A DNA stretch of 64,000 nucleotides from Candidatus Acidiferrum sp. (GCA_035560415.1 DATMZG010000117.1:4887-68886); one strand, 5' to 3'. Counted from the stretch's first letter, positions 18,558-28,122 are shown. Notes: generated by a model not told the origin, from the sequence alone. A program made the numbers and translations.

Positions 18558-20614
18558 ATCAGCTCAAAGTCGATTCGGCGGCTGACATAGTCGGCCGCGA
18601 CAAGCCGCACGCTGACGGCCTGTCCGAGCCTGTACCTGCGGCCGGTGCGGGAACCGGTGAGGGTTTTTGCCACTTCGTCGTACTCGTAGTAGTCGTCCGG
18701 CAGGTTCGTGATGTGGACAAGCCCCTCGACGGTGTTTTCGAGCTCAATGAAGAGACCGAAGGGCGCGACGGTGCTGACGACCCCGTCGAACTCCTCTCCG
18801 ATGTGTTCCATCATGAGCAGGCACCGGTACATGTCCTCAATGTCCCGCTCGGCCTCGGTCGCCCGCTGCTCGCAGTCGGTGGCCTGCTCGGCCTCGGCCG
18901 GGGCGGCCGTCGCCATGACCGAGAGCTGCTTGTGGGCGCCCTGCTGGAGATAGCCCAAGGCCCTGTGGACTAAAAGGTCCGGATAACGGCGGATGGGGGA
19001 GGTGAAGTGACAGTACATGGCGGAGGCAAGGCCGTAGTGGCCGAGGTTATCGGCGCTGTACTTGGCCCGCATCATGGAGCGGATTAAAAGCCGCGTGATG
19101 AGCTGTTCGTAGGGCTTGCCTTCGACGGCCTTGGCAATGCGCTGGTACTCCTCCGGCGGCAGGCGGCCCTCGCCGTCAGGCTTCGCGTCGACGCCTAAGG
19201 CGTGCAGCGTCGCGATGACGTCGCCCGCCCGGTCGGGGTCGGGGCGCTCGTGAATGCGGTAAATGCAGCTGGCCTTGTGCTCAGTCAGGTGGGCGGCGAC
19301 GGCCTCGTTTGCCGCCAGCATAAATTCCTCAATCAGCCGCTCGGTGACCCCGCGCACCCGCGCCGTCACCGAAATGGGCTTTCCGGTCTCGTCGAGGGTG
19401 ACGACCGGCTCGATGCTCTCAAAGGCCATGGCCCCGCGGGCCATGCGCCGGGCGTTTAAAGCCTCGGCCAGCGGCAGCATCTCACGCAGCGCCGGCAGCA
19501 CTTCACGGTATTTTTCAGCGGTGGTTTCGGCCCCCTCCAACAGCGCGTTGAGCTCCTCGTAGACGCACCGGCGATGCGAGCGGATGACCGAGCGGTAGAT
19601 GTCTCGGCCCACAGGCTCGCCCTTCGGCGTCAGCTCAATGTCGCAGGTCATGGCAAGGCGCGGGACCTCCTCGCGCAGCGAGCACAGGTCGTCCGACAGG
19701 GCGAAGGGCAGCATGGGCACCACTTTGTCCACAAAGTAGACCGAGGTGCCTCTGGCCTTGGCCTCGCCGTCAATGTCGCTGCCGGGGCGGACGTAGTGGG
19801 AGACGTCGGCGATGTGGACGCCGAGCCGCAGGTTGCCGTTTGGCAGCTTTTCAAGTGAGATGGCGTCGTCAAAATCCTTGGCGCCCGCCCCGTCAATTGT
19901 GAAAATGAGCTTGTCTGTCAGGTCCCGGCGCTCTCCGGGGTCGGACATCTCGCCGGCCGCGCGCATGCGCTCGGCGGCGTCGACGGCCTCTTTGGGGTAA
20001 TCGGTGCGGATGCCGTGGAGCAGCAGCAGCGCCTCGTAGTTGGGGGCGAATTCATCGGCCGGGCCCAGCACCCGCTCAATGACGCCGCCGGCACCCGTGC
20101 GCCCCTCGGGGTAGCGGGTGACGCGCAGCGCCACTTTGTCGCCGGCCCCGGCCCCTAGGCCCTTGCCCAGCACCTGAATTTCCATGCCGACCGTGGCGTT
20201 GTCGGGCACGACGGCAAGCCCGCGGCCCCGGGCCTCGGCGCGGCCGATGACCCTCGTCACCCCGCGCGCGATAATGCGGACAATTTCACCCTCGGCGGCC
20301 CGCCCGCCCTCGGCCGGGCGAATTTCGCGGGCCTCGACCGTGTCGCCCCCCATGGCGCCCTTGGAGCGGTTGTCATAGATGAACATGCGGCGCACACCGT
20401 CCGACACAAAGCCAAACTCCCGGGAGGTCCCCTCATATTTGCCGATGAGCGGGGGATTGCCCTTGACCGGCGTCCCCTTGCCCTTGACGGGGGCCTCTTT
20501 CGGGCGGGCGGCGGCCCTCACCGGTCCGCTCTTTTTATGGGGCGTAAACTTTGCGGCATTTTGTTTTTTGGGCCTGCGGGCAGGCTGCCGCCCGCCCTTC
20601 ATCTGGCGCTCCAT
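18554..20614 (-). CDS. rnr: ribonuclease R
   Basis: 686 aa from ATG 20614. Cold-shock-like N-terminus, RNB core 'DGAGAKDFDDAISLE', C-terminal S1 domain 'GVVSTVAPFGLFIELE'. Lys/Arg-rich N-terminal leader. Confidence 0.93.
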   Translation of the reverse strand: MERQMKGGRQPARRPKKQNAAKFTPHKKSGPVRAAARPKEAPVKGKGTPVKGNPPLIGKYEGTSREFGFVSDGVRRMFIYDNRSKGAMGGDTVEAREIRPAEGGRAAEGEIVRIIARGVTRVIGRAEARGRGLAVVPDNATVGMEIQVLGKGLGAGAGDKVALRVTRYPEGRTGAGGVIERVLGPADEFAPNYEALLLLHGIRTDYPKEAVDAAERMRAAGEMSDPGERRDLTDKLIFTIDGAGAKDFDDAISLEKLPNGNLRLGVHIADVSHYVRPGSDIDGEAKARGTSVYFVDKVVPMLPFALSDDLCSLREEVPRLAMTCDIELTPKGEPVGRDIYRSVIRSHRRCVYEELNALLEGAETTAEKYREVLPALREMLPLAEALNARRMARGAMAFESIEPVVTLDETGKPISVTARVRGVTERLIEEFMLAANEAVAAHLTEHKASCIYRIHERPDPDRAGDVIATLHALGVDAKPDGEGRLPPEEYQRIAKAVEGKPYEQLITRLLIRSMMRAKYSADNLGHYGLASAMYCHFTSPIRRYPDLLVHRALGYLQQGAHKQLSVMATAAPAEAEQATDCEQRATEAERDIEDMYRCLLMMEHIGEEFDGVVSTVAPFGLFIELENTVEGLVHITNLPDDYYEYDEVAKTLTGSRTGRRYRLGQAVSVRLVAADYVSRRIDFELI

Positions 20615-21300
20615 TCGTCGACGGCAGCGTCGGCCGCCTTTTGGGCGGCAAGGCAAAAGGCGGGGTCGAGCGTCAGCGAGCGGGGACCGGCCTCCGGAGT
20701 CTCCCACGCCGCTTCAAGCGGCGCAGCGGGGTCGTAAGTCGGGGCCGTGAAAGTGAAGGCGGTCGGCAGTCCCACGGCCGACGCCCCTGTCAGCGTGACG
20801 AAGAAGACGCAGGCTGAAAGGTAGGCCCCCATCGGCGAGGTGTGCTCGCCGTCCTTATAATACAGCGCATACCGGTCCCGCAGCGCCGCCCAGGCCCTGC
20901 CGACCGGCGCCAGCAGCATATCCCGTTCGTGGGCCAGCTTCTCGTAGGCCTCGCAGATGACGGTGTGACCGTCCGGGTTGTTTTTCTCGCTCCAGCACTG
21001 GTAGGCCACCGGCTTTGACTGGGACAGCGCCGTCATGTTGAGAATTTTATCTGTCTCCTCAAAGAGGTTTTGCACGCCGGGGAAGGGGTGGGCGGTGTGC
21101 TGCAGCACGACATAGTCGTACCGGCCGAACAGAATATTGTACCGCACGTCAAACTCGTGGGCGTGCCAGCCAAGGCCTCTGCCACCCGAAGTGTTCTGTA
21201 CGGCGTCAATTTCTACGCCGCGGGATGCCGCAAGCTGCCGCAGCAGCTCCGGCATGTCGTTGACAAAGGTGTGGCTGTTGCCGATGAACAGGACTTTCAT
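20599..21300 (-). CDS. SGNH/GDSL-like hydrolase-fold protein
   Basis: 233 aa from ATG 21300 (RBS GGAGG). Starts 'MKVLFIGNSHT' and has a later 'DGEHTS' (DxxH-like). Overlaps the rnr start by 16 nt. Family call is from motifs only. Confidence 0.55.
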   Translation of the reverse strand: MKVLFIGNSHTFVNDMPELLRQLAASRGVEIDAVQNTSGGRGLGWHAHEFDVRYNILFGRYDYVVLQHTAHPFPGVQNLFEETDKILNMTALSQSKPVAYQCWSEKNNPDGHTVICEAYEKLAHERDMLLAPVGRAWAALRDRYALYYKDGEHTSPMGAYLSACVFFVTLTGASAVGLPTAFTFTAPTYDPAAPLEAAWETPEAGPRSLTLDPAFCLAAQKAADAAVDEWSAR

Positions 21301-21411
21301 GGAGACCTCCTTACTAGGTTGTGAGCACTTAAATAGAGTATGGACCGTTTCAAACGAGGAAATCATGAAAATATGCCAAAACGGCAAATTTACATTTGCA
21401 AATTTGCCGGG

Positions 21412-22275
21412 CTACTCCATATACAGGTCGGCGAGCACGATAAGTCTGTCGACGACCGCCTCTCTGACCGATTTTGGGGAGAGCACTTTGGCGCCCGTGA
21501 CAAGGACGAGCTCGACAAGCTCCTCAAAGGGGGCGCAGACCGTCACCCGCCGGCCGCCCTCGGCCGGCTCAGACGCGGGGCCGTAGGGGGCAAACCGCAC
21601 TGCGGCTGTTTCGGGGCAGAGCAGCGTGGCCGTGACAGGCGATGCCAAGAGGGCCTCAAGCAGCGCCGCCCGCTCGTCCGGCGAAAACCGGCGTCGGCCG
21701 GCCACCCGGACAACCCCCTCCATGGGGCCCGTGAGCACTGAGCAGGGGGCGCCGGCAGCGGTTTCGGCGGCAAGCCGTATGCCGCCCGCTGTCCGGTAGA
21801 GGGCGCAGGGCCGAAGCGTCGCCCCCTTGCCCCGGGGGCGGTAGCCCGTAAAGGCCCAGGCGGGGCACTCAAAGGAGACGCGGTCGCCGGCCTCAATGGC
21901 CAGAGCCAGCAGCGAAAGCTTATCGGTGTCGGCGGCTTGTCCCCGGGGCCCGAGGGCCGCACAGGCCGCCCGTGCGGTGGGGGAGATGAGCTCATCGGTA
22001 AGCGAAATGCCCGAGAGCGCCGCGGCGACGGCCGTCCCGTCGGGCAAGGGTCTGCCTGCGAGATAAGCGCCGCCCTCAAGGCCGATTTCGACCCCGAGCT
22101 CCGAGAGCGCCGCAAGGTTGCGGGCCACCGTCTTGCGGTCGACCGTAAGGCCGTAGTCCTGTTTGATGAGCTCGGCAAGCTCGCCCTGCGACAGCCGGTG
22201 CCCCGGGTCGGTGTACCGCTCAAGGACGCTTTTGAGGCAGAGGATGATCTGTTTTTTGCCGCCGGCGGCGCACAT
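21412..22275 (-). CDS. HTH transcriptional regulator, probably WYL/YafY-like
   Basis: 287 aa. N-terminal HTH-like 'LSQGELAELIKQDYGLTVDRKTVARNLAAL', C-terminal 'GAKVLSPKSVREAVVDRL' resembling the YafY-type C-terminal extension. A hairpin GGCAAATTT..AAATTTGCC (21379-21404) lies just downstream. Confidence 0.45.
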   Translation of the reverse strand: MCAAGGKKQIILCLKSVLERYTDPGHRLSQGELAELIKQDYGLTVDRKTVARNLAALSELGVEIGLEGGAYLAGRPLPDGTAVAAALSGISLTDELISPTARAACAALGPRGQAADTDKLSLLALAIEAGDRVSFECPAWAFTGYRPRGKGATLRPCALYRTAGGIRLAAETAAGAPCSVLTGPMEGVVRVAGRRRFSPDERAALLEALLASPVTATLLCPETAAVRFAPYGPASEPAEGGRRVTVCAPFEELVELVLVTGAKVLSPKSVREAVVDRLIVLADLYME

Positions 22276-22375
22276 GGGTCTCCCTCCTTTGCCGTGTTAT
22301 TTAGAGCACCGGGCGGGGAAAGCCGCACCGCACTTGCAGGCGGCAAAAAGCCCGCCGCGGGAATATGCGCGAAAA

Positions 22376-23809
22376 TCAGTATGCCTTGCCCCAGACGACC
22401 ATGGTCCTGGCGGGTTTGCCGCAGATGGGGCAGACGTCGCCCAAATGCTCCTGGGCAAAGGGCATGCAGCGGCTCGAAAGCCCCGCGACCTCTTTGACGC
22501 GCTCCTCGCAGGCCGCGTCGCCGCACCACATGGTCTTGATGAAGACGCCGTCGCCCGCCATTTTCGCCATCTCCTCAAGCGAGAAGGCCGTGCGGGTGCG
22601 GGCCTCGCGGTTTTGCAGCGCCTTGTCGTAAATGCGCGCCCGGAAGGCTTCGAGCATTTCGGGCAGCTTGTCTACAAGCTCAGCAAGCGGCACCGCCGTC
22701 TTGGAGCGGTCGTCTCTGGCGACGACGACGCACTCGCCCTTTTCAATGTCGCGGGGGCCCAGTTCAAGGCGCAGCGGCACGCCCTTCATCTCGTACTCGG
22801 CAAACTTCCAGCCGGCCGAGTTGTCGCTGTCGTCGAGCTTGGCCCGGATGCCGGCGGCTTTGAGCTGCGCCGTGACGTCTTCGGCTTTTTCCAGCACGCC
22901 GCCCTTGTGGGCCGCAATGGGGATGACGACGACCTGGACGGGCGCGACGGCCGGCGGCAGCACAAGGCCGTTGTCGTCGCCGTGGGTCATGATGATGCCG
23001 CCGATGATGCGGGTCGACAGACCCCACGAGGTTTGGTGGGGGTACTGCAATTTGTTTTCCTTGTCGGTGAAGGTGATGTCAAAGGCGCGGGCAAAGCCGT
23101 CGCCAAAGTAATGGGAGGTACCCGACTGCAGCGCCTTGCCGTCGTGCATCATGGCCTCGATGGTGTAGGTCGCCTCGGCGCCGGCAAACTTCTCCTTGTC
23201 GGTTTTGCGGCCTCTGATGACCGGAATGGCGAGCTGCTCTTCGGCGCAGTCGGCGTAGACGTGCAGCATCTGCTGGGTTTCAGCTTCGGCCTCCTCGGCC
23301 GTCGCGTGCATCGTGTGGCCTTCCTGCCACAAAAACTCCATGGTTCGAAGGAAGGGGCGGGTGGTCTTCTCCCACCGCAGCACCGAGCACCACTGGTTGT
23401 AGAGCTTGGGCAGGTCGCGCCAGGAGTGGATGATATTGGCAAAGTGGTCGCAAAACAGGGTCTCGGAAGTCGGCCGCACACAGAGCCGCTCGGCCAGCTC
23501 CTCGCCGCCGCCCTGCGTGACCCAGGCCACTTCGGGCGCGAAGCCCTCGACGTGGTCCTTCTCCTTTTGCAGCAGGCTTTCGGGGATGAGGAGCGGCATA
23601 TAGACGTTCTCGTGGCCGAGCCGCTTGAACTCGGCGTCGAGCAGCTTCTGGATGTTCTCCCAGATGGCGTAGCCGTAGGGGCGGATGATCATGCAGCCCC
23701 GCACGCTCGAATATTCGGCGAGCTCCGCCTTGCGCACAATGTCGGTATACCACTTGGCGAAATCCTCGTCGCGCGAGGTAATTTCCTGGACCAGTTTTTC
23801 CTCTTTCAT
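22376..23809 (-). CDS. proS: proline--tRNA ligase (archaeal/eukaryote-like short type)
   Basis: 477 aa from ATG 23809 (RBS AGGTGG, 5-nt spacing; the track starts at GTG 23818). '[35 protein letters not shown]', class II motifs, C-terminal Cys pair. Confidence 0.93.
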   Translation of the reverse strand: MKEEKLVQEITSRDEDFAKWYTDIVRKAELAEYSSVRGCMIIRPYGYAIWENIQKLLDAEFKRLGHENVYMPLLIPESLLQKEKDHVEGFAPEVAWVTQGGGEELAERLCVRPTSETLFCDHFANIIHSWRDLPKLYNQWCSVLRWEKTTRPFLRTMEFLWQEGHTMHATAEEAEAETQQMLHVYADCAEEQLAIPVIRGRKTDKEKFAGAEATYTIEAMMHDGKALQSGTSHYFGDGFARAFDITFTDKENKLQYPHQTSWGLSTRIIGGIIMTHGDDNGLVLPPAVAPVQVVVIPIAAHKGGVLEKAEDVTAQLKAAGIRAKLDDSDNSAGWKFAEYEMKGVPLRLELGPRDIEKGECVVVARDDRSKTAVPLAELVDKLPEMLEAFRARIYDKALQNREARTRTAFSLEEMAKMAGDGVFIKTMWCGDAACEERVKEVAGLSSRCMPFAQEHLGDVCPICGKPARTMVVWGKAY

Positions 23810-23966
23810 TGAAACCACCTATTTTTTTATGATTCATGTCAGAATATTCTACCACATCGCCATAAGGCGTGCAATTGCTTTTTTGTCCCGATTTCGGTAT
23901 AATAACCGCAATAGACCGACTTTTTGAAAGCCGGGTGGAAGCTTAAAACAGAGGGGAGGCGCGCCG

Positions 23967-25436
23967 GTGACCCGACGGCAGACACTTTTACAGGCCTACA
24001 ATTTCCGCGATTTAGGCGGATTTCCCGCAAAGGGCGGCGTCACCCGCTTCGGGCGGGTCTGGCGCACCGACCTGCTCGGCATGCTGCCCGACGCCGACAT
24101 CGAGACCGTCAAAGCCGCCGGTATTGGGACGGTCATCGACCTGCGCTCGGCCGACGAGCTGGAGCGCGTGCCCCCCTCGTTTGAGAATGTCCCCGGCATC
24201 GACTACGTCAACATTCCTCTTTTAGGGGACGCGCCACTGGGCGACGCCCTTGACGAGTGCGTGCGGACTGCCGACTCCTTTGAGGCCAGTCTGACCGTGC
24301 TCTATAAGACCATGGCCGACCGGGCGCCCCGCCGCTTTGCGCAAGTTTTCGAGGCGCTGGCAAAGGGGCTCGCGAAGGGCGGAGTCGCCTTTTACTGCAC
24401 GGCCGGCAAGGACCGCACCGGCATGATTGCGGCCCTGCTGCTGCTCGCCTGCGGCGTGGCGCGGGCCGACGTCGTCGCCAACTACCGCATCACGGCCGCC
24501 TATCTGCGGCCCAAAATCGCCCACCTCACAGCCGACTCCCCCCTGCGGCCCCGTTCGCTCATGCGCAGCGACCCCGGGACCATTGAGGCGTTCCTCGACT
24601 ATCTCGATGAAAAACATGGCGGCGCTTTGAACTTTTTGAAGTCGGCGGGCCTTGCCCCCGAAGTGTTGACCGCCCTCCGGGAGGAGCTGGTCGAGCCCTA
24701 TGACGAAGAGGGGCGCACCGTCACCCCCCTGCGCCGGCTGCCCTTAAAGTCGGTCTACAACTTCCGGGACCTCGGCGGCTACCCCGCAAAGGGCGGCCAG
24801 ACCCGGTACAGAAAGCTCTGGCGCTCGGATTTTCTGGGGCTTTTGCCCCCGGAAGACATCGAGGCGATTCGTGCAGCCGGCGTCGCCACCGTCATCGACC
24901 TGCGCTCTCCGGACGAGCTGGCGCGGGTCAAAAGCGACTTTGCGGATTTGGCGGGCATTGACTATGTCAACGCCCCGCTGCTGACGATGCAGCTCAAAAA
25001 GGAGTTTATACCGGGCGACTGCTACGAAGAAAGCGAGCGGGAGCTCTTTTACGTCACGATGCCCGCAAGGGCCAAAGACAACATCGCCGCCGCCGTCACG
25101 GCCATGACAAAGGCGCTTGAACGGGGCGGGGTCGTGTTTTTCTGTGCCGCGGGAAAGGACCGCACCGGCGTGCTGGCGGCCTTGCTGCTGGCGGTCTGCG
25201 GTGTCGGGACATCCGACATTGCGGCCGACTACGAGGTGTCGGCCACGCTGCTCGCCCCCAAATGCGCCGCCCTGCCCGAGGGCTCGCCCCTCATCCCGAA
25301 ACACCCCTACCAGAGCCTTGCCGAGACCATGGAGGACTTTCTCGCCCGCATCGGGGACGTGCGGGCGTACCTGCTTGAGGCCGGGGTGGCCGAAAAGACG
25401 CTCGACGACTTAACCCGGCTGCTGGTGGCGCCATAA
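23967..25436 (+). CDS. tandem (two-domain) protein-tyrosine phosphatase, Y_phosphatase3-like
   Basis: 489 aa, GTG start behind RBS GAGGGGAGG. Two homologous halves, each with 'NFRDLGG(F/Y)PAKGG.TR' and a CX5R P-loop ('FYCTAGKDRTG' near 24396, 'FFCAAGKDRTG' near 25143). Confidence 0.8.
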   Translation: MTRRQTLLQAYNFRDLGGFPAKGGVTRFGRVWRTDLLGMLPDADIETVKAAGIGTVIDLRSADELERVPPSFENVPGIDYVNIPLLGDAPLGDALDECVRTADSFEASLTVLYKTMADRAPRRFAQVFEALAKGLAKGGVAFYCTAGKDRTGMIAALLLLACGVARADVVANYRITAAYLRPKIAHLTADSPLRPRSLMRSDPGTIEAFLDYLDEKHGGALNFLKSAGLAPEVLTALREELVEPYDEEGRTVTPLRRLPLKSVYNFRDLGGYPAKGGQTRYRKLWRSDFLGLLPPEDIEAIRAAGVATVIDLRSPDELARVKSDFADLAGIDYVNAPLLTMQLKKEFIPGDCYEESERELFYVTMPARAKDNIAAAVTAMTKALERGGVVFFCAAGKDRTGVLAALLLAVCGVGTSDIAADYEVSATLLAPKCAALPEGSPLIPKHPYQSLAETMEDFLARIGDVRAYLLEAGVAEKTLDDLTRLLVAP

Positions 25437-25497
25437 CCGAGACACCGGGCCTGCGGCCCCGAACACATAAAATCACACCTTTTAAGGGGGTACACAG

Positions 25498-26475
25498 ATG
25501 AAAATATACCTTGTCGACGAGGCAAAGCTGCTTCCGGAGAGTTGCGAGATTGAGCGCCGGGAGCTGCAAGCGGTGCTCGGCCCCTGCGAGGTCGTGTGCT
25601 ATGCGTTTGAGACCTGTGAGAAAATGCGCCGGGACTTGAAGGACGCCGACGGCATCATCACCGGTTTTCAGCACATCGGGGATGAGGACATGGCGGCCAT
25701 GCCAAGACTTGCGGCCATTTCGGTCTCGGCCACGGGATTTGACTGCATTGACACCAAGGCCGCGACCGACAGAGGCATTCCGGTCTGCGCCATTGCCGAG
25801 TACTGCACCAAGGAGGTGGCCGAGCACACGATGGCCCTCCTGCTGACCATCTGGCGCAAGCTCGGCTGCATGAAGGCCGACGTTGAAAAGGGCGGCTGGC
25901 GGTATGACGTCTGCGCGCCAATCGAGCGGCTGGAGGGCAAGACGCTCGGCATTTTCGGGCTGGGGCGCATCGGCACGGCCGTGGCAAAGCGTGCAGCCGC
26001 CTTTGGGCTGCGTGTCATTGCGGCCGACCCCGCGCTGACCTTCATGGAGGCCAAGGAGCGGGGAGCTCAGCTTGCCGCCCCGGACGCAGTGCTGACTTTG
26101 AGTGACATCATCACGAACCACATGGACGCAAACGAGACCAACAGAGACCTGTTTAACGGGGCGGCCTTTGCCGCCATGGCCCGCCGGCCGCTCTTTTTGA
26201 ACTGCGCCAGGGGCTGGAGCGTCGACGAGTCGGCGCTCATCGATGCCCTTGACAAAGGGCTCATCCGGGCCGCGGGCATCGACGTCTTAAAGGACGAGAA
26301 CCCCTGCCTCGAAGGGCATCCGCTGCTGGGGCGGGACAACGTCATTCTGACCCCGCACGCCGCGTTTTACAGCGAGACCTCCATTGAGGCGCTGCACCGC
26401 ATCTCGGCCAAAAATCTCGCCTGCTGCCTCGCGGGCCGCCCGCAGGAGGCCTTTAAAGTGGTCAACGGGCTGTAA
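25498..26475 (+). CDS. D-isomer-specific 2-hydroxyacid dehydrogenase family protein
   Basis: 325 aa. NAD-binding 'GIFGLGRIGTAVAKRAAAFGLRV' and C-terminal 'LTPHAAFYS'. Confidence 0.8.
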   Translation: MKIYLVDEAKLLPESCEIERRELQAVLGPCEVVCYAFETCEKMRRDLKDADGIITGFQHIGDEDMAAMPRLAAISVSATGFDCIDTKAATDRGIPVCAIAEYCTKEVAEHTMALLLTIWRKLGCMKADVEKGGWRYDVCAPIERLEGKTLGIFGLGRIGTAVAKRAAAFGLRVIAADPALTFMEAKERGAQLAAPDAVLTLSDIITNHMDANETNRDLFNGAAFAAMARRPLFLNCARGWSVDESALIDALDKGLIRAAGIDVLKDENPCLEGHPLLGRDNVILTPHAAFYSETSIEALHRISAKNLACCLAGRPQEAFKVVNGL

Positions 26476-26522
26476 AAAGAGCGGATTTCGGATAAAATAA
26501 CATTTAAGAATACCATAGACCA

Positions 26523-26560
26523 CCAGAAAACCCCGCCTTTTTACAGGCGGGGTTTTCTGG
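26523..26560 (+). terminator. rho-independent terminator
   Basis: 'CCAGAAAACCCCGCC TTTTTACA GGCGGGGTTTTCTGG'. Confidence 0.7.
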
Positions 26561-26999
26561 TTGCAGTTTATCCATTCAAAGAGAGGCCAGCGAAATATTT
26601 CAGAAATCCATGCTGACGAATTGTCACAAACCTCGCACAGGTGGTCAGCAATCGTGACAAACGCGCTTTTCGGTGCTTCAGCGTGGATTTTTCCTAAAAT
26701 CTATTCAGATTATATCACACCGGGAGAAAATGTCAACCCGGATTATCGGGAAAAAGTAACAATATATCGCAACACAAATTGTAAATTGTATACAAAAATC
26801 CGCGGTTCAGTTGTTAACGCTTGAAGTGTATGAATTTAAGCGTTTGCTTATAAATAGTGATTTGTTTGCCCATAAAATTGCGGTTATGTTTGAAACATCT
26901 GAGATGAATTCATGCAAACGTTTACACAAAAAAAGTTTTTCTTTGGGTTTTCCCGCTTCGACGCGGAATGAGCTCGCCTTCTGATACAATGGCGCATAT

Positions 27000-27138
27000 C
27001 GTCAAACGCAGGCCGGTATAATGATTTCGGGGGCGTTGCCGGGATTGCCGTGAGAAGAAAGACCCATGCCGTCAAACCGGGGGATGATTGCTGAAGGTCT
27101 TTGCCGGATTGCCATGAGATGACCCCACACCGTCAAAC
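27000..27138 (+). repeat. tandem direct repeat (units of about 70 and 61 nt plus a partial third) in the 5' leader of the antiporter gene
   Basis: 'CGTCAAAC' at 27000, 27070 and 27131. 'TTGCCGGGATTGCCGTGAGA' (27036-27055) versus 'TTGCCGGATTGCCATGAGA' (27101-27119). Each is followed by GACCC..CCGTCAAAC. An extended -10 'TGATACAAT' lies at 26982-26990. Confidence 0.6.
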
Positions 27139-27148
27139 GGAGGTCGTT

Positions 27149-28063
27149 ATGCTGGTTTACCTGTTATTTGCGCTGGGGCTCATCCTGATTATCAAAGGCG
27201 GAGACGAGTTTGTGGAGGCCGCCGTCTCCATCGCCCGGCGGCTCGGAATGAGCGAGCTTGTCATCGGGGCCACCATCGTCTCGCTGGGTACGACGCTGCC
27301 GGAGGTGCTGGTCTCGACCATGGCTGGCATTTCGGGCTCGGCCGACATCGCAATCGGAAACGCGGTGGGCTCAGTCATCTGCAACACCTCTTTTATTGCA
27401 GCCCTCGTGCTGCTTTTTGCAAAGCCCCCGCTCGACCGGCGCCTGCTGTCCTGGCGGGTGCTCTACTTTTTCGGGGTCTTGGGGCTGCTCTATGTCGTGT
27501 CGGCGGTGGCCGGGGAGGTCGCCCGCCCCGTCGGGGCCGCGCTGCTCTTCCTCTTTGCGGTCTACACATTCCTGTCGTCGAGACAGCGCAAAACCGCAGG
27601 CCGGGCAAAGGCCTCCGAGGAGCCGCTCGGGAGGGCCGTGCTCATTTTGATTGTGACGGCGGTCTGCCTGTTCTTTGGGGCAAAGCTCTTAGTCGACAGC
27701 GGTATTGAAATAGCCCGCACCCTCGGGGTGCCCGAGCGGTTCATCGCCTCCACCTTCATTGCGCTCGGGACCTCCCTGCCCGAGCTCATGACCGCCATTA
27801 TCTCCATTAAAATCGGCATGGGCGCGCTGTCCATCGGCAATGTCATCGGGGCCAACATTTTAAACGTGCTCTGCGTCATCGGCATTCCGGCGGCTATTTG
27901 CGGCGTCGCCGTCTCGCAGGCCGCCGTGGCTGTCGACATCCCCTACGCGGCGCTTGTCATGCTGATCATGACCCTGCCGCCCGCCATCACGGGGCGCACA
28001 TACCGGATTCAGGGGGTGGCGCTGCTTTTCTGCTATGCGGCCTACGTGACTTTTCTCGCCTGA
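27149..28063 (+). CDS. Ca2+/Na+ antiporter (CaCA family, YrbG-like)
   Basis: 304 aa from ATG 27149 (RBS GGAGG). Two alpha-repeat motifs 'GATIVSLGTTLPE' and 'FIALGTSLPEL'. About 10 TM segments. Confidence 0.85.
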   Translation: MLVYLLFALGLILIIKGGDEFVEAAVSIARRLGMSELVIGATIVSLGTTLPEVLVSTMAGISGSADIAIGNAVGSVICNTSFIAALVLLFAKPPLDRRLLSWRVLYFFGVLGLLYVVSAVAGEVARPVGAALLFLFAVYTFLSSRQRKTAGRAKASEEPLGRAVLILIVTAVCLFFGAKLLVDSGIEIARTLGVPERFIASTFIALGTSLPELMTAIISIKIGMGALSIGNVIGANILNVLCVIGIPAAICGVAVSQAAVAVDIPYAALVMLIMTLPPAITGRTYRIQGVALLFCYAAYVTFLA

Positions 28064-28093
28064 TGGGCCCTTGCGAAGTTTACACAAACGGCC

Positions 28094-28122
28094 TTGCATC
28101 TGCCGGTGAAATAGGCTATACT
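28094..28122 (+). promoter_or_regulatory. candidate sigma-A promoter
   Basis: TTGCAT (28094-28099), 17 nt, TATACT (28117-28122). Confidence 0.45.

Noticed and set aside
22163-23812. 549-aa + strand ORF opposite proS
   Set aside because: Antisense to a clear class II prolyl-tRNA synthetase. Gly/Ala/Arg-rich, no RBS.
23810-23966. Possible T-box leader upstream of proS
   Set aside because: Only about 150 nt are shared with a divergent gene. I found no specifier-loop or T-box consensus. The region is too short for a T-box.
26561-26989. ORFs 26561..26824 (+, 87 aa) and 26807..26989 (-, 60 aa) in the AT-rich island
   Set aside because: Both start at TTG with no Shine-Dalgarno, and their composition is atypical. 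The first begins inside the terminator stem. I treat the region as non-coding.
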